A stretch of 37,555 bases of DNA, taken from assembly GCF_001194135.2 (NCBI RefSeq), contig NC_068983.1, forward strand, positions 139,972,394-140,009,948, read 5' to 3'. Below, one piece after another: positions 10,710-22,869 of this stretch. The notes under the pieces are model-generated. The model saw nothing but the letters and a program-made list of their open reading frames with translations. It was not told the origin of the DNA and searched no databases. The translations under genes and the position numbers were made by a program. Positions within the stretch are counted from its first letter, which is position 1, and each line of letters starts with the position of its first letter. This stretch comes from Octopus bimaculoides. Lineage: Eukaryota.

Positions 10710-11385
10710 GTGATGTATGCATAGTATGAATGTATTCTGGCATAAACACATACAAAATTGTAAAGAGCAGTTGGAGATATACTGACTCAGTGTGACGATG
10801 TAGAAATACAGCATGAGGATCGTTAAAATATATTTATATCTGAGAAGTGAACAAGTGAAAAACGCAGGAATGAATATTAAATATCATTAAGTATTTATAA
10901 GTAATATTTTTTTTCGGTACATATTTCAAAACAACCACAGCGATAAGATTCAATTGCTGCTGAAGCTACACAACAAAATTCGTAGGTGCGATTATAATGC
11001 GAATATCCATAAGAAATTGCAATTAAATTAACTTAGTATCCTAAGTTTATTTCTTTTTTGTTTCTTGGAATACTTGAATTAATTTCTTTTTCTCTCCTTC
11101 ACTCTTACTTTTCTCTCACTTCGCTACAGCTATCAAATTCAAAATTTTTTGCGGTTAATGTATATAGCCTTCAGTTCCGACTGTTATGTTTTTATGTCAA
11201 CCCTACTCAACGAGTGGGGGCCAATTTTATTGTGGTTGCTTCTTACATTTTTCAGTGTTAATTGCAGAATCGATTTTTTTAGGTCTTAGGAAATCGAAAA
11301 TTTAGCCAACTACAGAGAATATGTGTGTGTGGGTGCATGTGTATTTGTGTGTGCGTGTGTGTACTTATGTGTGGGAGAGATACAT

Positions 11386-11570
11386 GCTGGTTTCAAACTT
11401 TGCCCATGACTAGCAATTTTAAGGAAGGGGTAAATCGATAATAACGTCACCAGGGTTCAACTGGTAAATATTTTATCAATCACGAACGGACAAAAGCAAC
11501 TTCGTCGTCCGTGGAATATGAATTCAGAACGTATAGACGGACGAAATGTAGCTAAACATTTTGACCAGTG
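11386..11570 (-). mobile_element. tRNA-derived SINE (Meta/MESC-like central domain), head slightly truncated
   Basis: The reverse complement contains a B-box-like TGAATTCATATTCC and a CTTTTGTCCGTTCGTGATTGATAAAATATTTACCAG central segment; it aligns by eye with the copies at 12225 and 32919. Confidence 0.7.
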
Positions 11571-11574
11571 AAAT

Positions 11575-12215
11575 GACACTTCTACCTGCTCGTCGCCTTG
11601 TTGGGGAACACATCTTCTTGGTCACCAAAGCAGGCTAGATTGTCGGACGTTGATTCGGCACCGCTGGTCACAGCACACCGTCTATTCCTCTCTGGATCGT
11701 GCCATTCTCATCCAAGTAGCTCCAAACGTTTTCGTATTTTGTCAACAACCGTTTTGGCGGCCACTTCGGCTCGCAAATATACACTCGACAACTGCACTAA
11801 TCCACCAATTGTTGGTCCACCATCAGACGTGTCCAGTCCATTTAAACTTCTGCCTTCTGTATGATGATGTTTCGCAAGCCAGATTTTCCTCATTGGTTGG
11901 CTTCGGATGTGCTCTATCAGCGACAATAGATCTTTCCATAGCTCTTTGAGCAGTTAACTCGTCTCTCTCCTTTGAGGCCCAAGTTTCGATTCCGCACAAC
12001 AACGCAGGTAAAACCGTGCTGTTGAAGAGGTTAGTGCAAGTGGTCCTATCCAGTCTTCTTTTGAGCACATCTTTGATGGGATTGAACGCTTTACATCCGG
12101 CCCTTATTCTCGCGAGATCTCTTCTATATCTCGCGCATATTTATCTCCTGTCCAAGGCAAATTTATTTCCTCTATCTCCTGTATTTCCTCCTCTCGAATC
12201 AGTACTCGGCTTATT
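11575..12215 (-). mobile_element. RTE-clade LINE 3' fragment (post-RT C-terminal region), decayed
   Basis: Minus-strand frames give RIRAGCKAFNPIKDVLK, NLFNSTVLPALLCGIETWA, QRAMERS and KFKWTGHV, and a degenerate RW...W.P...KRP.GRP segment, in RTE order. Confidence 0.85.
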
Positions 12216-12224
12216 GCTAAATAT

Positions 12225-12414
12225 TTTGATTTCAAAATATAGAATAAGGACAGCAATTATGGAGGAGGGTGTCGGTGTATCACATCGTGATAGTTAAAAT
12301 ATTGACCTCAAAAGGCAAAGTCAACCTCAGAAAATTTGAACTCTGAACGTAGTGAGGCACGAAATGCCGCTAAGTGTTTTGTCCGGCATGCTAACAATTC
12401 TGCCAGCTGGCCGT
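12225..12414 (-). mobile_element. tRNA-derived SINE, same family as 11386-11570
   Basis: The reverse complement begins CGGCCAGCTGGCAGAATTGTTAGC (A-box) ... GAGTTCAAATTTTC (B-box) ... GGTTGACTTTGCCTTTTG. Confidence 0.8.
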
Positions 12415-14692
12415 TTAGCATGGGTAGGGCGATACATATTACTAATAAATATGCTTTCTGGTCCATTGTAAGATTAATAGTTGACTATGTAGGGATTGAA
12501 ATATTTTTCTTTGCTGTACATGCAAATGTCGTTTTATGAACGAATGCTCTTGATAACTGTGAATATTATAAAGCGAAGTGTTGCGTTTTAGATTTTATGT
12601 GACTATGATTTTACTTTTGTGCACGTTTGTGACTATATTTGGATATTTGTATTTCCAGTTTGTGATATCTTATGAAGCAAACACAAAAATAATTTCCATC
12701 TGATACATATATTAATTGCCAGATATAATTTTCTCCTTTCTTCTTTTTTTTTTTGCAGATCAATGCCTCACCTTTTCCAATATAAATTCGCTGTACTCGT
12801 AATTTATAAACTATTTTGTTTTTGATATTGTTTTTGATATTAGTGCAAAGGAAAAAAATAGACACCTTTCTTGAATAAACATTCAGAGAACATCACTCTT
12901 TTTAAAAGAAAATATTTGTAGTAACTGTATTATTTTTAAAGCATTATTATCACTTAAATTATTCTACAGATCTATTTACAAAGTTGCATTTCCTTTGATT
13001 ATATTTCTCTATTTGGAATTGGTTTACATTTCCTTCCTACAATGAATTAGTTTGCTACAATATGCATCCTTTATTGATGTCTATAAGGGTAAGGAAGTAG
13101 CATATACACACATGGTGAAGTCAAATTTTGTCAGGAAGAGCAAAAAGAAAGAAAAGCCAATGAAAAAATTACATTTGTGGATGCAAATTTATTGGTGGCT
13201 CGAATGTATACGGAAAGGAAATTTTGTTAGCTTAATATTTATAATGATCTCCCAGTTTTAGAAGATCTCATTGTACTTGCCTTGTAAGACTCCGAATCCT
13301 GTGACGCATTTTAGTAATGATTGCACCATCAATCGATTTATGATTATTTTAAGAATATTTACTAAGATTAAAAAAAAAAATGACCTGTGTTTATAAAATG
13401 TTTATTCCCATAAACACGTGTATTACATACATATATCGTTGTTTGATAAATAATTTTTACCCTCCGTAGCAGATCTGTACTTACATTTTTGTAATTAATA
13501 TTCGATTTTAAGAGAGCATAATTTTTCTCCGGGACTTAATAGACAAAGTAGTAGTATACATTTATATATGGAAAATTTATGAGAGCTTAAAGAAGGAATA
13601 CCACTATAAAGAGATTATTTCCCCGCTTTTAGTGCCACAACGATACATTGCATAATTGTGTTTTGGGTGCATGTGTAAATTTAAGTGTGCGTATACATAT
13701 ATATATATATATATATAAATATATATATATAGACGTTCAGAAACAAGTAGTTGAAAACTCCAAAGAAAAGAAAACATCTATTATGGAAACGGCGTCAATT
13801 ATGAATTCACCTATAGGCAATTAAAATAACGTTACACGTTTATGGTAAAATTGATTGTATATCTTATGACATTTCTTATATACGTACACTCTTATGCACA
13901 TGGATCGATGCATTAACTATTACATATATAACGTTTAATATATATTTATATATGTGTGTTATGTATGTGTGTGTGAATGTATGCATGTATGTATGTGCAT
14001 ATTGTGTATATAGTATATAATATATAATAAATTCTATATTTCTTCATTTGCATGCTTAGAATAATGGTGTACAAATATGCGCCTCTCTGTGTGTGAGTGT
14101 ATATGTGCGTATACATAAATCTACTAATACATACCGGTCTATATGTGTTTCTATGTGGGTATACATTTTCAAATGTGACAGGAAGCCATTGTTTTGAAGG
14201 TTTGATATATTATTGACGGTTTTTATTATCATTTTATTAAAATTGTTCTCTAGATTATTTTGTACTCGCACCATTGTTGTTGCTTTTTCTTCTTTGATAT
14301 CATTCACGAACTGACTAATCTATGCTCTTCAGTATATTGCAGTTATTAAACGTAAACTTCATAAATTTATGCTGCCACAATGAAGATGCAACGCGTTATT
14401 TTCCTTCTATTTTGCAATTTTAGAAAGCAATTTCAAATAAGTTTGATTGCTTTAATGGATACTGAAAATAATTTTACCGAGAAGTTTATAGTTATTTTTG
14501 AAAATAATTACTCATTATATTTTAAACGAAAGTACAAAGATATAACTGAATCTAATATATATTTACGGGATCTAAATATATATAACGTATGATTGCATTA
14601 AATATATGTAAGCTGCATCTTGTATTAAACCGAGTATCAACTGTAAAGAATGAAAAGCATCTTTTTAAATATTATAAGGAAAACCACTAATG

Positions 14693-15294
14693 ATAAGGTA
14701 TTCACATTCAAGATCAATGATAACTACTATATCTACATCTNNNNNNNNNNNNNNNNNNNNNNNNNNNNNNNNNNNNNNNNNNNNNNNNNNNNNNNNNNNN
14801 NNNNNNNNNNNNNNNNNNNNNNNNNNNNNNNNNNNNNNNNNNNNNNNNNNNNNNNNNNNNNNNNNNNNNNNNNNNNNNNNNNNNNNNNNNNNNNNNNNNN
14901 NNNNNNNNNNNNNNNNNNNNNNNNNNNNNNNNNNNNNNNNNNNNNNNNNNNNNNNNNNNNNNNNNNNNNNNNNNNNNNNNNNNNNNNNNNNNNNNNNNNN
15001 NNNNNNNNNNNNNNNNNNNNNNNNNNNNNNNNNNNNNNNNNNNNNNNNNNNNNNNNNNNNNNNNNNNNNNNNNNNNNNNNNNNNNNNNNNNNNNNNNNNN
15101 NNNNNNNNNNNNNNNNNNNNNNNNNNNNNNNNNNNNNNNNNNNNNNNNNNNNNNNNNNNNNNNNNNNNNNNNNNNNNNNNNNNNNNNNNNNNNNNNNNNN
15201 NNNNNNNNNNNNNNNNNNNNNNNNNNNNNNNNNNNNNNNNNNNNNNNATAAGGTATTCACATTCAAGATCAATGATAAATACTATATCTACATC
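14693..15294. repeat. 48-bp sequence duplicated on both sides of N-gap 14741-15247
   Basis: ATAAGGTATTCACATTCAAGATCAATGATAA(C/A)TACTATATCTACATCT occurs at 14693-14740 and again from 15248, with one mismatch. Confidence 0.9.
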
Positions 15295-15654
15295 TAAGGT
15301 TTGATTCTGGTTATACCCTTACGTAGAAGTAACCAGTGCATTTAATGCTTTAAATGACATAATTGTCAAATTAATCCTTCTAAAGGATTAATGTGGCAAT
15401 TCATAGAAAGGACAGTATATATTATTATTTTAAATTTTTAAATTTTAAATTTATTATGTTGCCGTGTCATGGTGGATGTATGTCTTTCAAAATATTAAAT
15501 ATTGATTTCCTGAGTATATTATTCATGAGTTTATGAATTTATTAATAATATAAAAACACATATATACACATTTATTTGCTCAAGATAATTGAGCACTCAA
15601 CATAAGTTCGGTCATATATTCTTTTAGAATGTTTCTTTTAGAATATTACTTATA

Positions 15655-15658
15655 AAAG

Positions 15659-15706
<48 letters not shown>

Positions 15707-15755
15707 ATGTGTGTGTGTGTGTGTGCGTGTGTGCGTGTGTATGTGTGTGTATGCA
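15655..15755. repeat. (TA)n(TG)n microsatellite
   Basis: Directly visible. Confidence 0.95.
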
Positions 15756-16875
15756 TGTTTATTAGTATATACATATATACATGGATAGCATAGCGTTCGA
15801 ATAGTTGTGCAAAGCTACATATTACAATTAAACAAACTAAGATTGGATATACTCCATCGACTTATTGAAGAAATGTTTTTCCTTTAATAATTGGAAGTAT
15901 GACTAAAGTATATTCTTGTGCAATTAAAGAAGATAATAAAGCGAATATAAGTAAACGGAGAAATGTTTGCATCTTATAATTGTTTCTGTTTAAGCTAATT
16001 CCCCATTTTTGGCGCCTCTGCCACTTATTCTGGTACATGTGTAGATTTTTTGTGAGTTGATACTCTAGTGATTACAGTCGTTCCTCCACTCAAATTGTAG
16101 TAGTGTAACTTGCTCTATTCTTGATATGGTCAGGACGTCTGGATTCTCTACGGTGTTTTTCAGTACATACATGCATACGTATATATATATATATATATAT
16201 ATATATATNNNNNNNNNNNNNNNNNNNNNNNNNNNNNNNNNNNNNNNNNNNNNNNNNNNNNNNNNNNNNNNNNNNNNNNNNNNNNNNNNNNNNNNNNNNN
16301 NNNNNNNNNNNNNNNNNNNNNNNNNNNNNNNNNNNNNNNNNNNNNNNNNNNNNNNNNNNNNNNNNNNNNNNNNNNNNNNNNNNNNNNNNNNNNNNNNNNN
16401 NNNNNNNNNNNNNNNNNNNNNNNNNNNNNNNNNNNNNNNNNNNNNNNNNNNNNNNNNNNNNNNNNNNNNNNNNNNNNNNNNNNNNNNNNNNNNNNNNNNN
16501 NNNNNNNNNNNNNNNNNNNNNNNNNNNNNNNNNNNNNNNNNNNNNNNNNNNNNNNNNNNNNNNNNNNNNNNNNNNNNNNNNNNNNNNNNNNNNNNNNNNN
16601 NNNNNNNNNNNNNNNNNNNNNNNNNNNNNNNNNNNNNNNNNNNNNNNNNNNNNNNNNNNNNNNNNNNNNNNNNNNNNNNNNNNNNNNNNNNNNNNNNNNN
16701 NNNNNNNNNNNNNNNNNNNNNNNNNNNNNNNNNNNNNNNNNNNNNNNNNNNNNNNNNNNNNNNNNNNNNNNNNNNNNNNNNNNNNNNNNNNNNNNNNNNN
16801 NNNNNNNNNNNNNNNNNNNNNNNNNNNNNNNNNNNNNNNNNNNNNNNNNNNNNNNNNNNNNNNNNNNNNNNNNNN

Positions 16876-17143
16876 AGGAGAAGAAGAAGAAGAAGAAGAA
16901 GAAGGAGAAGAAGAAGAAGAAGAAGGAGAAGAAGAAGAAGAAGAAGAAGAAGAAGGAGAAGAAGAAGAAGAAGAAGAAGAAGAAGGAGAAGAAGAAGAAG
17001 AAGAAGAAGAAGAAGGAGAAGAAGAAGAATAAGAAGAAGGAGTAGAAGAAGGAGAAGAAGAAGAAGGAGAAGAAGAAGAAGAAGAAGAAGAAGAAGAAGA
17101 AGAAGATGAAGAAGAAGAAGAAGAAGAAGAAGAGAAGAGGAAG
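16876..17143. repeat. (GAA)n polypurine tract with periodic GGA interruptions
   Basis: Directly visible; source of the spurious poly-E and poly-R ORFs. Confidence 0.97.
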
Positions 17144-18218
17144 ATTAATAAAAATGAGTGAGTGGTATGACAGTAGTAGGATGTTGGTGGAATCCTCTTA
17201 AATGATTACCTTTCTGTATTTACATGAATTAGTAGCAAACATTTTAGGTGCTTTGTGTTTATCCTTATCACTGAAAAATAAGCCAGAATTATCGTTCTCT
17301 TATACTTTTCTAGAAAAGAGGCAAACAATCTTCAAAGAATAGATTATAGCAATGCGTCACTGAGGATTCTAATGTTATTCAATTACGCTGTATTTGATTC
17401 GCACCGGAAGTTCATAGAGACTCTGCTAAGCCGCGATCAGACTTGTGATGGATTAGCTAGCAGAAACTTCGAAGTCACTGCCTTAGACACATACTCACAC
17501 GCACAAAAACATATACACACACACACACATACTGAATATACATGCTTGTGTGTGTGTGGATGTGTATATATACATATGTGTGTATGTATACATATACATA
17601 TAGATATCCATACATGCATTCATACTTAACATGCACACATATATATTGTTATTTTTATCGAGTGATTTCACTACACATGCGAGCGAGGCATTGTGTGCCT
17701 TGTCGACGAGTATTGCTTTTGTTTTGGTTAATATGATCCTATCCATCATGCTCTATGTATATGCGTGCACGAATGTGAATGAGAAAGCCTGGTATTTTTA
17801 TTACCTCTATATAGATAATTGTCCGTCTATTTCTTTTTTGTCCTTACACTCTAGTATGTTTTGAGAAGTAAATGTTTTAGACCGTGTGAATGAAATTCTA
17901 TAAAATATCATTGGAGTGTTTTGCTCTGCGTGTGAAAATATACAAAATTATTTAAAATAAACATACATTAACTGAAAAAAATATGAATAACCATATGTGA
18001 AACAGCTATTATGATATATGCGTATTATTCTGTACACAATTGAATAATGATCATATCTATTTCTAGATACTTAATACTGAAGGGAGTTAAAGTGAAACAA
18101 ATAAAGCAGATAATACGAAAACTTCTGGTAAAATATATGGTTATGGTATATATGTCCACAAATATTTATTTCATATATTCTGTGTGCGTCCTTAAAATTT
18201 ATATGCGGTCTAGTACTA

Positions 18219-18219
<1 letters not shown>

Positions 18220-18271
<52 letters not shown>

Positions 18272-18420
18272 CATGTGTGTGTGTTTATGCATTTTAGGAT
18301 GTATATATATGTATGCATGTATGCGTGTAGGTATGTATGTACATGTATGTGATATATATATATATATTCATATATATGTGTGTGTGTGTGTGGGTGTGTG
18401 TATGTGTGTATGTGCAATGT
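18220..18420. repeat. (TA)n/(TG)n/(TATG)n compound microsatellite
   Basis: Directly visible. Confidence 0.9.
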
Positions 18421-18876
18421 GTGAAGGTTAACAAAACTATGCTCTCGAAATGAAGTGAAATCCGTTATTACAGATAAATTATTACATTACTTATATCTAT
18501 ATCCATAAGATCTTACAGAATGCATACACTTACACATCGATGAGAATAATATAAGTATAATAAGATAACAGGGTAAGCTGTTAATAGGAGAGGTTAGGAA
18601 GGTGAAGGAAGAGGATGAAGATAAATAATTAATTTGAATTGAAACAAGATAGAATATAGTAAAAGTGAACAGTACTAGAGTACAAGCTTCATGATGAGGA
18701 TTAATTTTCTTGATAGATTTAAGGATATAAAGTTTTCAAGGGTTCATGGATGGCAGAGATTAAGGATATATAAGAGGTGTATGTATATTGAAGTAAATTT
18801 AAAATTAGATAGGTAGATATATAAATAAGCACACAGAAGGGCAGATCGATAGTTAGTAAGTTAGATAGGTAGATAG

Positions 18877-18913
<37 letters not shown>

Positions 18914-19195
18914 NNNNNNNNNNNNNNNNNNNNNNNNNNNNNNNNNNNNNNNNNNNNNNNNNNNNNNNNNNNNNNNNNNNNNNNNNNNNNNNNNNNNNNN
19001 NNNNNNNNNNNNNNNNNNNNNNNNNNNNNNNNNNNNNNNNNNNNNNNNNNNNNNNNNNNNNNNNNNNNNNNNNNNNNNNNNNNNNNNNNNNNNNNNNNNN
19101 NNNNNNNNNNNNNNNNNNNNNNNNNNNATAGACTTTACCCTACATGTGACGTGTGACCTGTACAAAGCGTTGTTGCTGCATATTATATTATATCT

Positions 19196-19232
19196 CGTTA
19201 GCGCTTCCGAATCAACGATTCTTCATCAGATG
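19196..19232 (-). ncRNA. Minimal type I hammerhead ribozyme relic
   Basis: The minus strand reads CAT-CTGATGA-A-GAATC-GTT-GATTC-GGAA-GCGC-TA-ACG: perfect 5-bp stem II, palindromic stem III AGCGCT, GAAA changed to GGAA. Confidence 0.6.
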
Positions 19233-19282
19233 TTCTTATTCCTTAGATTTTGTAATTTGATGATGGTTATTGCTGGTGCCAG

Positions 19283-19680
19283 TTAATGATCGTGGAAGCG
19301 GTAGATGTATTTCCATGCATCCTGCTCATTACGACGGTTCAAGCGAGGTGATTTATTTCTAATGAAGTGCGTATCTGTGGTTCTTAGGTTAACTCCATCC
19401 GTTCTCTTCACCAGAATACATTTGAAGAAATCCCTATCAGAATGTTTGTGCTGCTGGAACATGGCACTTGGTGGTATGGCCTTGTAGAAACATCACTTGA
19501 ATTGAAAGTGAAATTGTCTTAACGATCCTATGTATATTACTCAGCATGACCACATCAGTTTGTACACTACTCTGCCTGTTGTTTGCATACTGATTGGACA
19601 GTGATTTGGCAGCCTGTGTCATGTGTGTTATTTGTGTCTAAGAGGTGATGTCTTGTGGCTTTGACTGATGTTTTAAGCTT
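19283..19680 (-). mobile_element. Probable Penelope-like element GIY-YIG endonuclease C-terminal relic
   Basis: Minus frame DRDFFKCILVKRTDGVNLRTTDTHFIRNKSPRLNRRNEQDAWKYIYRFHDH* resembles the F.IL...(E)A.FI....P.LN.R.E end of PLE GIY-YIG domains. A hammerhead motif lies about 50 nt downstream on the same strand. Confidence 0.5.
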
Positions 19681-19754
19681 GTTCTCTTTCGTCAATCCAT
19701 AGTATTGTAGATTATTTTAGACCCAGTGTTTGCTCTCCTCTTCTTCTCTTCCGT

Positions 19755-19860
19755 CGCTATTGATGTTGTTGTTGCCGCCGCTGTTGTAGCTGCGGATCTT
19801 GTTGCTGATGCTATTTTTGCTGTTGTTGTCGTTGTGGCTATTGTTGTTGTTGCTGTAGTT
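19755..19860. repeat. Degenerate (GTT/GCT)n triplet repeat
   Basis: Cryptic triplet simplicity; explains the N-rich stretch of ORF 19717-19980. Confidence 0.75.
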
Positions 19861-21754
19861 ACAGCGCATGATATTGCTGCTCATGTAGTCTTTGTTGCTC
19901 TTTAGCGAATGCATAATACAGCTTGAGATTATACACGTAGAAAAGAAGGTAGAATATGTTATCATAGTAGTTCTATCCATATTCAGTTGTATTTAAAACC
20001 AAAAAATCTAATGAAAGACATGAATGCTAGCCAGAGAACGAATAGAGGAAGAGAAAACTCTTGAAATATTCATGTTCAAATAAGTTGGATTTAGCTAGAT
20101 AATTTTGAGTTCACTCTAATTTCAAGCCGAATATCGTACAGACTCTAACATTTCCTAAGCTTCAATGAAGGTTTCCAAATCTTTCCACTTCTCTCGTTAA
20201 GTCAGGATATAATTAAATTAATTGATGAGTGTACCATTGCGTAGGAAATGCGTAGTACTCGACTCGTTCAACTGCATTAAACATGCTAGAATTTTCAAAT
20301 TAAATTAGATAAAACTGAGGTAACATGACAATAATATTTTGAACAAAGTGAAACAGACATAATCACTGTTAGAAGCTTCAACCGTACCTGAAAACGTTCA
20401 AATGCAGCCGTCATCATATGTCCTTTGATCAGAAACATCTGAGCTGTCAGTTGGTTGATGGAGAACATTCTACGTCTCCATAATCTTCAGAAATATCACA
20501 TATACAAAAGTACAGTTTATATAAGCATACTCATGCTCTGATGTTAGTACTGTCATACTGAATACGTTTGTAAATTAAATTTATTGTTAGCTTTATATCA
20601 ATTGTTAAAAGTGATTCCACACAATCTCTCCAATGTTCAAAATTTGTCCACGAATGTCATAATTCATCTTGTCATATAACAATCTGAAACGTGTATATGG
20701 AGAAAATCCACGGTCCAATAGTATACAAATACATTTTTGTATGAGTTCATGGTGTTGAGAATTTGTGTATAAGGACACAGATTTCTATTTTTGTAGGACA
20801 TCTCACTAATATAAAATATCAAAATCCTAAGCATGCAACATGACTAAAATTCAAAATATCTTACTGTATTATGTACATGGCACTATGCGTTTGATATCGA
20901 TATCCAAGAAATCTAATCAATATCCTTTGCAAATGCAGGGATCAAATCTCTGAAATTGGATACCGACGTTTTAGTGTTTAAAAAGCCAAACATTTATAAG
21001 AGAGAAATAATATCACTACTAATGCTAGCGTTGAATTAGCACTGCATCTTCCCTTTAGGGAAACACAACGGGGGTGCCAAATCACTTCATTTGGTAATCT
21101 CCCTTCTCCATTGATGTAATGTTTTTTTTTGACATAATATATTCATGTATTTGACAAGACAAAATGGTAATACGTTTGGCACTATTGTATGTTTGATGAG
21201 CAAAGACATTCCAAAATCATATTTAAATCAATTTTTTTTGGCTACTGGGAGGGGATGGACCAAGGCAAAGCACTTATAAGTAATATCAATATGGAAGATC
21301 CGCAAAAATTGTAATCTATCGTTCTAAAGTAATGTATTACAAATCTAAAAATTACTACAAAACTAGTTACGTTCTAGAATGTCGATAACTGAGTCCGATA
21401 TACTCCCGTCATCAAATCTGACAAGCAACTAAGGCAAAAATAAAGTTGAATGAATTAGAGGGAAAATCAGATGAGCGAAAACCGTATAAATAGTGAGAAA
21501 ATATGAATGATATTGATTACTAACGATTTTCTGTGGGATTGCACATTTCCACCAAATTATTATAGACATGTATTGCGCAATAAGTGATACCGGCTAAGCG
21601 AGATACATATATATCCGCAGGAAACACATTAAATCTACGGAGGTGAAGAGAGTGCCACATAGACAAAAGCCAAACATATGCATTTAGATTCAGACAATCA
21701 CGGATACATACAAAAGCAATCACACTCACATAACTGCCTAACAGTCGTTGCCTA

Positions 21755-21758
21755 TATA

Positions 21759-21789
<31 letters not shown>

Positions 21790-21797
21790 ACATACAA

Positions 21798-21858
<61 letters not shown>

Positions 21859-22189
21859 NNNNNNNNNNNNNNNNNNNNNNNNNNNNNNNNNNNNNNNNNN
21901 NNNNNNNNNNNNNNNNNNNNNNNNNNNNNNNNNNNNNNNNNNNNNNNNNNNNNNNNNNNNNNNNNNNNNNNNNNNNNNNNNNNNNNNNNNNNNNNNNNNN
22001 NNNNNNNNNNNNNNNNNNNNNNNNNNNNNNNNNNNNNNNNNNNNNNNNNNNNNNNNTATATATATATATATATTCATCCACACATTCATCCACTTGTGCA
22101 TGTATGTGAATGTTTGTGTGTGCGTGGATAGAGATAAATGGGGACAGAGACATGTAGTGCGATTGATAGATAGAAGGTTAGTTAGTTAA

Positions 22190-22244
<55 letters not shown>
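21755..22244. repeat. (TATC)n, (CA)n, N-gap 21859-22056, (TA)n and (TAGA)n microsatellites
   Basis: Directly visible. Confidence 0.9.
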
Positions 22245-22838
22245 TAAAGGAACGGAGACATTCGAAGGTAAAAGATAGTTGAGAAACATAGTATATACTA
22301 TGTCTCTGTCTAAATACATACACTCATACCTATGAAACAACATGAATTTCAATTCTGTCAAGCTTTTGTGAATGAGGCTACTTGAGGAAGTGTGAAAGGT
22401 TAAACTGTTGTCCGGAAAAAGGAAAGGATGCAATTATAATATGTATGTATGTCAGTTGTTCATAAAAGAGATAGTGAAATAAAATCAACAAAAAGATATA
22501 ATGTCTGATATCTTATTGCCTTTTATGATGCATTCCATCAATAAATATTCAATCTCAAGTAATAATTGTAAAGATCTGAGCAGTGATTTCGCGTTGAGCA
22601 GACAACTCCACACACCATTTCTGTATCCAACGCAGTTAGGCGAACGCCATGTCCAATGTTCGCAGCAACAAATCACCGTACCATTCACTGCAAACGGTCA
22701 GGAAGTTAATCAACTAAATTACATCATCTGGCTAATTACTTCTGTAATAAAGATGGTCTTCAAACTGAAGCCCATGTATGTTTTACAGTGTAAATACACC
22801 AATTCCATTTAGAGTTTACTATTGCTATACATAAATAA

Positions 22839-22869
<31 letters not shown>

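Noticed and set aside
16121-17109. 303/327-aa ORFs ending in poly-Glu or poly-Arg
   Set aside because: They are a read-through of 667 Ns plus the (GAA)n tract.
20384-20490. Minus-strand open frame ending at donor-like CAG|GTACGG
   Set aside because: No convincing acceptor or protein similarity; such sites are common by chance.
22500-22720. Minus-strand YGDLLL...RWIQKW resembling an RT YADD region
   Set aside because: A single weak motif without flanking RT motifs.
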